DNA of 42,466 bases, taken from a virus. Where the stretch lies: IMG/VR virus record IMGVR_UViG_3300045988_079499, one strand, 5' to 3'. This document shows positions 26,168-33,533 of this stretch, piece after piece; within the stretch, counting starts at the first letter, position 1; the number at the start of each line of letters is the position of its first letter. The notes beneath the pieces were generated by a model. The model was not told the DNA's origin, did not search any database, and saw only the letters and a program-made list of their open reading frames with translations. A program made the position numbers and the translations under genes.

Positions 26168-27940
26168 TTAGTATCCAAAACCAAACTCGCCACTATCTAG
26201 TAAGTCTTGCAATGTTGGTGCGTCATAATCGTGATATTGAGCGTCACTCATGGCATTTATTATGGCATCAAGTGAGTCAATTTTATTCCTATTTATTTGC
26301 TTATCAATCGCAACGCTATCATTGTACTCTTTAATCATTGCATTGTATGCTGCACGATTCAATAAAGGGTTATTGGTGTGCATTACTTCACCTCTACGAA
26401 TTAACTCACGCAGGGCTCTTGTTGGGGATGATAAATAATTTATTTTCTGTGGTACTTCAATTAGTTTTTTAGGGTAGGTTTTACTTAGATTAATTAAAGC
26501 CTTATCCATCATAAATGGATCATAATAAATACCAACCAATTGTAAGTCATTATAATCTATGAAATCACGTATCCAATCACACATTTCTTCTGTATCAATT
26601 AAGCCGTCTTCACGTTGGGAAATATGAATGAGGTTCATTGCCTCATACTGTCTATAGGGTATTTTATCAATTGATTGTTTATGGTCTATACCTCCAACTG
26701 AAGACACAAAACCATGTGTATCTAGTAATAACTTTTGTTCTTCTTCTATTGGGATAATCCATGAAACGGCTGTCATATCTGATGTTCTTGCTAAGTCAAT
26801 GCCAATATATACTTTTCTACCCTTAATATTATAATGATTGGGTGCTTTGACGGAATCCCACTCTTCTTTGGTTACAAAACTATCTTTAGATGATTGTACC
26901 CAAAAATTCATTTCTTTCGTTAACCAACCTGATAAATCCATTTTACCCTTGTATTCATCAAGTGAGTTACGCTTATGCTCCATCATTGAGTCATATGCTT
27001 CTGGTATTTCAAATAGTGGGTTTGATTTTATCCAATTTTCTTCATCATCTACTTCTGATAGACTATCCATTTCCCAACAAAGAGCCAAATAAGCGTCACC
27101 TTTAACCTCTTCATTAAGTAATTTTTCAACGAATGGATATTCTACAGAGTGCATAGGCCCAGTTAGGTTTTTAGTAGTTGTTGAAATTATTAGTATTAAT
27201 CCCTCTAATTGTTGAGATTGAGAGGATTCTAATACTTGAATAATTGCGTCATCTTTAGCTTCACCATATTCATCTAAAATACCGCATAATACATCTAGTC
27301 CATCAAGTGTATCAGCGTCACTTGATAGCGGTTTTACTGTTGATTCGTCACTAGCTTCAATATCATATCTACGAACAGTTGTTCTTTTTTTAACTTCTTT
27401 TGACACACTACGTAACGCAGTTAGCTGTGATTTAAGCATTCTGAAAACGATTCCTGCTTGCTCTTTTGTGTTTGCTGCTGCAACAACTTGACGACTGGCT
27501 GCTGGATTCTTACCAAACAAAAACTCATATAGTGCTATCCCTGAAACCAGTAACGACTTACCATTTTTACGTGCTAGTGAGATGTATGCTTTTCTAAAGC
27601 GTCTAGTATTATCTTTCTTTTTACGCCATCCATAGAGTAATCCAACAATAAATTTCTGAAAGTGGGCTAGTGTTGTGGTTTTGCGAGACTTAGGATCTGG
27701 AAGCATTTCAAGAAATCTAACTGGCGGTATTGCTTCCTCTGGCCTATAAATATATGGATATTTAGGGTCTTTTGAGCGTTCAATATCCTTCTGATGTCTT
27801 TCAATGGCTTTCTGTATTTTTTTACCAACTTTGATTTTAACTTTAATAGGTTTATAATAATCATCTTCTACTATATATTTACGTCCTTCAATCCATCCTG
27901 TTTCAATCAGATTGATATAATCTTGTACAAAGTCTTCCAT
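26168..27940 (-). CDS. terL: Terminase large subunit (Terminase_1 family)
   Basis: 590 aa. It has the RKNGKS Walker-A-like region and lies immediately upstream of the portal. Confidence 0.8.
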   Translation of the reverse strand: MEDFVQDYINLIETGWIEGRKYIVEDDYYKPIKVKIKVGKKIQKAIERHQKDIERSKDPKYPYIYRPEEAIPPVRFLEMLPDPKSRKTTTLAHFQKFIVGLLYGWRKKKDNTRRFRKAYISLARKNGKSLLVSGIALYEFLFGKNPAASRQVVAAANTKEQAGIVFRMLKSQLTALRSVSKEVKKRTTVRRYDIEASDESTVKPLSSDADTLDGLDVLCGILDEYGEAKDDAIIQVLESSQSQQLEGLILIISTTTKNLTGPMHSVEYPFVEKLLNEEVKGDAYLALCWEMDSLSEVDDEENWIKSNPLFEIPEAYDSMMEHKRNSLDEYKGKMDLSGWLTKEMNFWVQSSKDSFVTKEEWDSVKAPNHYNIKGRKVYIGIDLARTSDMTAVSWIIPIEEEQKLLLDTHGFVSSVGGIDHKQSIDKIPYRQYEAMNLIHISQREDGLIDTEEMCDWIRDFIDYNDLQLVGIYYDPFMMDKALINLSKTYPKKLIEVPQKINYLSSPTRALRELIRRGEVMHTNNPLLNRAAYNAMIKEYNDSVAIDKQINRNKIDSLDAIINAMSDAQYHDYDAPTLQDLLDSGEFGFGY

Positions 27941-27995
27941 TTATGTATCCTCCTTTTATACTATTCACTTACATTATAGCACAAAAAAGAACTTC

Positions 27996-28256
27996 CTAGT
28001 CTGGAAGTTCTTTTTTAAATACTTCTAAGTCTTTATATAGATAATCAAAACTTTCTTCAATTTCTGTTAGCATGTAATGTGTTTTTGGTAATCCTTGTGT
28101 AAGTCTCAATGTAATCACTTTGTTAGTATCAACATATTTTTTTAGATTGTCACATTCTGATTTGTATTCTAATAATTCTGATAATGTATAAAAGTGACTT
28201 GTTACTTCTTCTAGTTTTGTTTCGATATTTTCAAGCATTTCGTTTAATGTTGTCAT
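27996..28256 (-). CDS. Hypothetical protein (86 aa) preceded by an early-type leader
   Basis: The - strand reads tgatatacttaattcataagttaagaggaggaaacaacaATG. Confidence 0.45.
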   Translation of the reverse strand: MTTLNEMLENIETKLEEVTSHFYTLSELLEYKSECDNLKKYVDTNKVITLRLTQGLPKTHYMLTEIEESFDYLYKDLEVFKKELPD

Positions 28257-28318
28257 TGTTGTTTCCTCCTCTTAACTTATGAATTAAGTATATCATGGAG
28301 TCTATTATATTTCAACAA
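28257..28318 (-). promoter_or_regulatory. Early-type promoter-leader cassette on the late strand (TTGTTG-17-TGATATACT + TAATTCATAAGTTAAGAGGAGGA)
   Basis: The extended -10 is at 28287..28295. The leader is a match to the + strand early cassettes. Confidence 0.5.
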
Positions 28319-28346
28319 TAAAGATTAAATATTAGAATATTCTAAT

Positions 28347-28383
28347 AAAAAAAAAAGACTCCCTAGTTAGCTAGACTAGGGAG
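28347..28383 (-). terminator. Strong rho-independent terminator (9-bp stem ctccctagt/actagggag plus a T10 run)
   Basis: The - strand reads ctccctagtctagctaactagggagtcttttttttttatt. Confidence 0.8.
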
Positions 28384-28758
28384 GTGTTAGTATCTGCTAG
28401 TATCCACGCCCTACGTTAAGTGTATACTAGCTTTATGTGTGCACGTCATCAAGTAGGGTCATACTATCACACTCTGCGCCAGACACTGTGGCGAGCACTC
28501 ATTTTTAGAGAGGTGGTGTATCCTCTATCCCCGCTGACGGTTAAGGTTTCCAACTCCGTCACAGTATAACCTTAGTCATACGTTTTAGCATACTCTCGCT
28601 TGCGGTGTCACGAGAGGTGTATTAGATTCCACCTATTCATTGATTTACTTAATATGCTTTTGTCAATTGTAGTTGAAAAATTACTGTCACCCTTATTATA
28701 AAATCATACCCGTGATTTTACTTAATTAGTATACCACAACTTTTTAGTTTTGTGTAGG
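28384..28758 (-). ncRNA. Candidate structured non-coding RNA or structured 3' UTR between terS and terL (GC-rich, ORF-free, hairpin-rich)
   Basis: ~375 nt with no ORF of 60 aa or more on either strand. GC content is clearly above the surrounding ~34%. It contains several hairpins and is bounded on its 3' side by a terminator. Strand inferred from the terminator. Confidence 0.3.
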
Positions 28759-29223
28759 TTATCCCTCAAACATTTTCGCAAATGGGTCAAGTACTTCTTT
28801 CTCTTTCTCAGCTGGAAGAATAATCTTCATTCTTGAGTTGATTGTTAGTCCTAAGTCGTTGGTTGCCGTTTTAAGCTCTTTTGAATAGGAGTTCATGGCA
28901 TTAACCCAGGGGTTGGCTTTACCTGTCTCAGGATCAATAGCGCCCATCTGAGCCACCTTCTCTACTGCCTCTGCGTATAAATAATTATAGTTGCAATATC
29001 TAATGACTGTATTTACATCTAACTCACTAATAGGCAGGTCTCCCACATATGCTCCAATGCGATCCCATTCATTGAATGCTTGTGGCAATAGACCTGGTGG
29101 ATAAAAACTGAAGTCCAGCTTTTCATAATTGTAAAGTAGTTCTTCCTCCTTCTCACGCGCTTCTCGTTGTTGAGTGGTCAAGTTACCACTTTGAGCGTTT
29201 AATAGTTTTCGTGGTCTTGCCAT
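28759..29223 (-). CDS. terS: Terminase small subunit (P27 / Terminase_4 family)
   Basis: Starts MARPRKLLNAQSGNLTTQQREAREKEEELLY with RBS aaaggaggagtgataatATG. It lies downstream of the terminase-associated HNH gene. Confidence 0.7.
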   Translation of the reverse strand: MARPRKLLNAQSGNLTTQQREAREKEEELLYNYEKLDFSFYPPGLLPQAFNEWDRIGAYVGDLPISELDVNTVIRYCNYNYLYAEAVEKVAQMGAIDPETGKANPWVNAMNSYSKELKTATNDLGLTINSRMKIILPAEKEKEVLDPFAKMFEG

Positions 29224-29227
29224 ATTA

Positions 29228-29410
29228 TCACTCCTCCTTTGGTACTTCTGTAATTTCAAAATGACGATTACGTCCACCTAGTTTTGTTTTAACGTCCTTA
29301 AAATAGCCACGCTTCTTTCCATAAAATTCATCTGCTTGAAATTGCGATTTGAACTTACGTGTTTGTCCAGTCGCCAAATCTTTTACGTACACAGGTTTTG
29401 GTGCAGGCAT
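29228..29410 (-). CDS. Small basic protein (60 aa)
   Basis: ORF with RBS aagggagg. It is the first gene after the terminator and promoter. Confidence 0.4.
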   Translation of the reverse strand: MPAPKPVYVKDLATGQTRKFKSQFQADEFYGKKRGYFKDVKTKLGGRNRHFEITEVPKEE

Positions 29411-29467
29411 TTATTCTACCTCCCTTACATTATTGTTAAGTTAAAAGCTAACTCCCTTATATCTATA

Positions 29468-29511
29468 ATTATATCATATAAAAAGAACCCTGTGTAGAGA
29501 AACCAGGGTTC
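29468..29511 (-). terminator. Terminator (8-bp stem gaaccctg/cagggttc plus a T-run) overlapped by an extended -10 TGATATAAT, upstream of the packaging genes
   Basis: The - strand reads gaaccctggtttctctacacagggttctttttatatgatataatt. Confidence 0.6.
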
Positions 29512-29599
29512 AATGGTGTCTAATGGGGGATAAATCATATTAGGGAAATAACATACTATATATAGTATGAGTCCTTGATTTACAACACAAGAAACCAGT

Positions 29600-29768
29600 T
29601 TTAAATCACGTTTACGAGGGGAAAAGGGCGTTTTCGAAAGTTCGTTTTTAGAATTTCGTGCGAAGAAGAGGGGGCAGCGATTAATTCGTTATAAAAAGGC
29701 GGGCGGGTAAAAACATTTTGGGTCTCCCTAAAAATAATTTTGGCTGCGCGCTTGTTGATTTAGCGCTG
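29600..29768. other. Candidate cos region: GC-rich G-runs plus repeated TTCGT/CGTTT motifs
   Basis: gagggggcagcg at 29668..29679 and aggcgggcgggt at 29697..29708. Five TTCGT(T)-type repeats lie within about 100 bp upstream. The position between HNH and terS is typical of HNH-dependent cos phages. Confidence 0.35.
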
Positions 29769-30152
29769 TTACCTACCTCTATTTTTCCAACTGTAGCTAT
29801 GTTCTTCCTTGTTGTGACACTCGTAACAGATTGACTCTAAGTTATTTAAATCAAGTCTATGTTTCCATCCATTTGGACTTCTTAATTCTATATTATGGTG
29901 AACCATATCAGCGTTGGTGTACTTGCCTTGTGCTAAGCATACCTCGCAGAGTGGTTGCTCCATTAGCTTAGCTTTACGTGCATTCCTCCATTGAGTACTA
30001 TGATAGAACTGACTGTACTTCTTGTTGTCGTCATTATATCGTACATGTTTATTGTATTGGCTATTGTTATATCCACTATGCTCCGTACAATAGCGCTCTG
30101 GTAGCGTGACATAGTTGCGGCATGAAGCCACTGCACACTTGCGTTGTGGCAT
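29769..30152 (-). CDS. HNH endonuclease (terminase-associated, zinc-ribbon type)
   Basis: CAVASCRNYVTLPERYCTEH, then ...CEVCLAQGKYTNADMVHHNIEL...NLESICYECHNKEEH. Adjacent to terS. Confidence 0.8.
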   Translation of the reverse strand: MPQRKCAVASCRNYVTLPERYCTEHSGYNNSQYNKHVRYNDDNKKYSQFYHSTQWRNARKAKLMEQPLCEVCLAQGKYTNADMVHHNIELRSPNGWKHRLDLNNLESICYECHNKEEHSYSWKNRGR

Positions 30153-30195
30153 TGTGTTACTCCTTCCTTCTATTGTATATAAGAAAAGACTACTA

Positions 30196-30411
30196 TTATT
30201 TAGTAGTCTTCTTTGTGTTCATGCTCTTGCTAACTTTATCCACATCTACTTTAAGTGTTAGGTCTGATGCTTTGGTGTCTTGTAACGGTTTGACTGACTC
30301 AGGTTCTGGTAATGGATTAGGTACCTTTAATCGTGTATGCTTATAACAGTATTGTGCTGGTAGCTTAACTGTTTCGTTGCATCCTTCTTGATTGCAATAC
30401 ATATATGGCAT
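30196..30411 (-). CDS. Small Cys-rich protein (71 aa), a paralog of the HNH N-terminal zinc-ribbon
   Basis: CNQEGCNETVKLPAQYCYKH has the same C-x4-C-x9-C-x2-H pattern as the N-terminus of the HNH gene at 29769..30152. Confidence 0.5.
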   Translation of the reverse strand: MPYMYCNQEGCNETVKLPAQYCYKHTRLKVPNPLPEPESVKPLQDTKASDLTLKVDVDKVSKSMNTKKTTK

Positions 30412-30608
30412 TATACTCCCACCTCCTTTAGTTTATGATTGATATCATATAGCTCATTCATTACTCTTGCATATGCTTCAGCATGTTGCATATATTGTGC
30501 GTCATACATTGGAAGACCAGCTTCTAACTCATCACGTCTGGCAACTAAGCGAGCGATGTCTGTTAGTGTTGGTTCTGTTGGCTGAGTAATTGGTTCGTCC
30601 ATAATCAT
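30411..30608 (-). CDS. Hypothetical protein (65 aa)
   Basis: ORF. Confidence 0.35.
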   Translation of the reverse strand: MIMDEPITQPTEPTLTDIARLVARRDELEAGLPMYDAQYMQHAEAYARVMNELYDINHKLKEVGV

Positions 30609-30613
30609 TCCTC

Positions 30614-30796
30614 CTAGAAGTTATAATCTTGTTTCTTACGTACTATCATATTATTATCCTGTACTATCTTAATAGCGTCTTCAAGTGTTGGCTCTTTAGT
30701 ATTAGTTGATACGTTTTGTAGTTTACTTTCTAACTCACGATATTCTTTTACTAGGTCTGTTTTGTTTAGTGCTAGTAGTTGTTTGTCAGTTTTCAT
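30614..30796 (-). CDS. Hypothetical protein (60 aa)
   Basis: ORF. Confidence 0.35.
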   Translation of the reverse strand: MKTDKQLLALNKTDLVKEYRELESKLQNVSTNTKEPTLEDAIKIVQDNNMIVRKKQDYNF

Positions 30797-30944
30797 GCGT
30801 TAATTCCTCCAATACAATCTTTCCATTCTCACATACTTGATACTATTATTTAACGTTTTAGATACCATATAAGTATGCCTAGTGCAATCACGCAAATTCC
30901 AATCAACAGTGACATCATCAACAATGATACTATAATATCTATTG

Positions 30945-31136
30945 TCATCTGCCCTTACCTCCTAATAACCAACTCCATACGATAACCAGTTGTGCAATTG
31001 CAAAGCCCCACTCACCTTGCTGAAATAATTGATATGGTAACTTCATACCTAAATAGATAGCAATGTAACCGAAACCAATGATAATCAAAAGACTTAATAT
31101 AATTGATAAACTCGTGGTTAATACGTCTTTCATCAT
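30945..31136 (-). CDS. Small membrane protein (63 aa), the first gene of the - strand module
   Basis: Two predicted transmembrane segments. RBS aaagaggaggagATG. An extended -10 TGATATAAT lies at 31157..31165. Confidence 0.45.
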   Translation of the reverse strand: MMKDVLTTSLSIILSLLIIIGFGYIAIYLGMKLPYQLFQQGEWGFAIAQLVIVWSWLLGGKGR

Positions 31137-31618
31137 ATCTCCTCCTCTTTGTTTCTATTATATCATATATAAGGGATACTGTGTGAGTTAAGTAAACCAG
31201 TTATTAGTGACAAAAACTCAGCCTAAAATGGTCATTTTGTCACTAAATTGCTTGTTTTTGTCAGCGTTTTGTCACTAATTTTGACACCTAAAAACGCTGT
31301 AACCCTTGATAAATCTACATTCTTATTTTTATAATGACAAAATGACAAAATATTATATATATTAATTAAAAAATAAAGTTACTACATTATAATGTAGTAT
31401 TACAGTATATATAAAGAGTATGGTACTTTTTTTGTCATTTTGTCATTAAACTGGTCTCTTACTTAGAGTATCAAGGAATAGAGCGATTTTAAAAAAGTCA
31501 TTTTAGTGTCATATAGTGACAAAAACGCAAAATTAGTGACATTTTTTAATCTTTTCTATTGACGTTGGTTTCTATACATGCTATACTTAGTTCATAAGAT
31601 AAAGAGGAGGAAACAATT
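31137..31618. promoter_or_regulatory. Divergent control region and putative origin: iterons TTAGTGACAAAA / TGACAAAA in both orientations around an AT-rich core with a 20-bp palindrome. It holds the - strand promoter (TGATATAAT) and the + strand early promoter (TTGACG-17-TATACT).
   Basis: TTAGTGACAAAA at 31204 (+), 31235 (rc), 31267 (rc), 31515 (+) and 31533 (+). TGACAAAATGACAAAA at 31335..31350, with its reverse complement at 31431..31446. Palindrome tactacattataatgtagta at 31380..31399. Confidence 0.6.
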
Positions 31619-31855
31619 ATGACACACGAAAAATATGACGAACTACAAAAGAAAATGGACAAGCTTTACAGCGATTTTATTGATCTAGCAGCTGACACTG
31701 AATCAGCAGGCGAAGATATGAGCAAAGTTTCAGAATGGGTAGACAACAACATTCAACCAATTATTAACTGGGTAAAAGATCATGACGCTGAAGAAAAAGT
31801 TCTAGCTGAACTACAAGATGACTATAATAAATTAAAGGAGATGTTAGCATGTTAG
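31619..31855 (+). CDS. Hypothetical early protein (78 aa)
   Basis: ORF after the conserved leader. Confidence 0.45.
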   Translation: MTHEKYDELQKKMDKLYSDFIDLAADTESAGEDMSKVSEWVDNNIQPIINWVKDHDAEEKVLAELQDDYNKLKEMLAC

Positions 31856-32175
31856 TAAAATATTATACAGAAATCATGAAAATACAACTTAGAGAGTTCA
31901 AACGACTCTCTAAGTACCATGATAAGTACGTAAGTAAAATGATGGAAATGAACGAACCAGGTAATATGTCAAATCACAACACCCAACGTTACTGGCAAAC
32001 ACATAACAAAATAGAACAATCTGAGAAAGAAATGCGTATCATAATTGAAGAGTTAAAGGAGTTGAATAACCGCTTTCATTGGCGAGATCATTTACACCAA
32101 GAACGCTTTCATTTTCTAACAAAAGACGAAGAACTATTTCAGAGAATCGTAAAGCTGATGGATATTTACAGATAG
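31849..32175 (+). CDS. Hypothetical early protein (108 aa)
   Basis: ORF. Confidence 0.4.
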   Translation: MLVKYYTEIMKIQLREFKRLSKYHDKYVSKMMEMNEPGNMSNHNTQRYWQTHNKIEQSEKEMRIIIEELKELNNRFHWRDHLHQERFHFLTKDEELFQRIVKLMDIYR

Positions 32176-32186
32176 GAGGAAACAAA

Positions 32187-32348
32187 ATGACTACATTTAT
32201 TATTTTAGCAAAAAGAAACACACAAACCATTCAATTAAGCTACTTAGCTGAAACAATGAGAGGAGCAATTGATGAATTTCGCTTGACATATCCCAAAAAG
32301 AAGTATAAAATTATTGATTGTAAGGAAGCAACTAATTACAATATGTAG
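32187..32348 (+). CDS. Hypothetical protein (53 aa)
   Basis: RBS taggaggaaacaaaATG. A shorter start is preferred to the overlapping 89-aa call. Confidence 0.35.
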   Translation: MTTFIILAKRNTQTIQLSYLAETMRGAIDEFRLTYPKKKYKIIDCKEATNYNM

Positions 32349-32411
32349 TAACAAGTAAACTAACAAACAGTACACTTAGTAGTGTAATCATAACAGAGGA
32401 GGAAAATAATA

Positions 32412-32732
32412 ATGAACAATTTAGATTTAAAAGAAGGACAAACATATATTTGTACAGACACAAAATATAGATGGTGGACTGAAGGTAAAGAATATGAGGT
32501 AGTATTAAACAGTCAAGGTGAACTATGTTTAGTTGATAATGATGGTGATCGCTGGACGCGAGATTCTTTGGAGTACGATCTATGTCAATTTAAACTAAAA
32601 TACAAATCACTAGACCTAAATAAACTAACAGTTTATCAACTAAAAGAGTACGCAGATTTACAACAAGCTCTGGAGTTAGCAAAGAGCGAATTGGATAAAT
32701 TTATTGAAAGGAGTAGACAAAATGAAATTTAA
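32412..32732 (+). CDS. Hypothetical protein (106 aa), a paralog of the C-terminal half of the next gene
   Basis: L(D/N)xKEGQT..C....WWT..KEY.VV.....L..VD.DG..W....L......KLK....DLN.LT..QL.EY is shared with 32971..33282. Confidence 0.45.
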   Translation: MNNLDLKEGQTYICTDTKYRWWTEGKEYEVVLNSQGELCLVDNDGDRWTRDSLEYDLCQFKLKYKSLDLNKLTVYQLKEYADLQQALELAKSELDKFIERSRQNEI

Positions 32733-33282
32733 AATTGGAGATACTGTAAAAGGAATCACATTCGGTACATTTGGTTATGAGACTAAAGAAGGAAAAATTG
32801 TAGAGATTAATGAGCATACCCCAACATGTATGTATGCAATCAGAAGTGACGGGTACAAATGGCACCTAAGAACAGAAACTGTAGAATTAATTGAAAAAGA
32901 ACCCATACCAGTATATATCAAAAACGAACTCAATAAGGATATTTTGCTAAATAAAAAGGAGGAAAACACAATGGCCACATTAGATTTTAAAGAAGGTCAA
33001 ACATTTGTTTGCAAACGTGATGATATAGGCTGGTGGACGAAAGATAAAGAATATAAGGTTGTTTTTGATAAGTGTCATGGACTAGTAATTGTAGATGATG
33101 ATGGATGTAAATGGGATCTACCTAACGATAAGTTGTTGAATGATATCTTCAAACTAAAAGAAAAAATATTTGATCTAAACACATTAACAACAGTACAGCT
33201 AAGAGAATACGTTGGTTTAATTGAAGATAAGGAGGATGCAGAAAACTTATTAAATGAGTTCATTGAAAGGATGAGTGAATGA
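32722..33282 (+). CDS. Two-domain protein: a unique N-terminal domain fused to a C-terminal paralog of 32412..32732
   Basis: An internal RBS plus ATG (aaaaaggaggaaaacacaATGgcc at about 32971) lies at the domain boundary with no stop codon. Confidence 0.45.
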   Translation: MKFKIGDTVKGITFGTFGYETKEGKIVEINEHTPTCMYAIRSDGYKWHLRTETVELIEKEPIPVYIKNELNKDILLNKKEENTMATLDFKEGQTFVCKRDDIGWWTKDKEYKVVFDKCHGLVIVDDDGCKWDLPNDKLLNDIFKLKEKIFDLNTLTTVQLREYVGLIEDKEDAENLLNEFIERMSE

Positions 33283-33455
33283 TGTTCACTATTACAGTAA
33301 CCAAATTTAATGGTGAAGGCGTAGAAACAATATTCTACACAGATGTTAATAAGTATAAGATTACGGATGACTATCTAATATTAGAACGTAAAGAGATTAG
33401 TAGCATTGTATATATTCAAAAAGATCAAGTGTTAGAATTTGAAGTTAATTGGTAA
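33279..33455 (+). CDS. Hypothetical protein (58 aa)
   Basis: ATG overlaps the upstream stop (TGAATGATG). Confidence 0.3.
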   Translation: MMFTITVTKFNGEGVETIFYTDVNKYKITDDYLILERKEISSIVYIQKDQVLEFEVNW

Positions 33456-33533
33456 ATATTAAAGAAAAGTATAGCACAAATGAAAAGTTTGTGCTATACT
33501 TAGTACATATCAGATGAGGGAGGACTTAATGGA

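Noticed and set aside
28384-28758. Group I or group II intron or a tRNA in the terS-terL gap
   Set aside because: No split host gene flanks the region. No recognisable P/Q/R/S or domain V consensus was seen, and there is no tRNA cloverleaf or T-loop (GTTCRA). An unclassified structured RNA remains possible, so the region is kept as a finding rather than a named RNA family.
31137-31618. Possible CRISPR array or CRISPR mimic
   Set aside because: The repeats are short (8-12 bp), irregularly spaced, and occur in both orientations. This pattern fits iterons or operators, not a CRISPR repeat-spacer structure.
32079-32348. 89-aa ORF call overlapping 31849..32175
   Set aside because: Its 5' part overlaps the preceding gene in another frame. 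An internal ATG at 32187 with a strong RBS gives a non-overlapping 53-aa gene.
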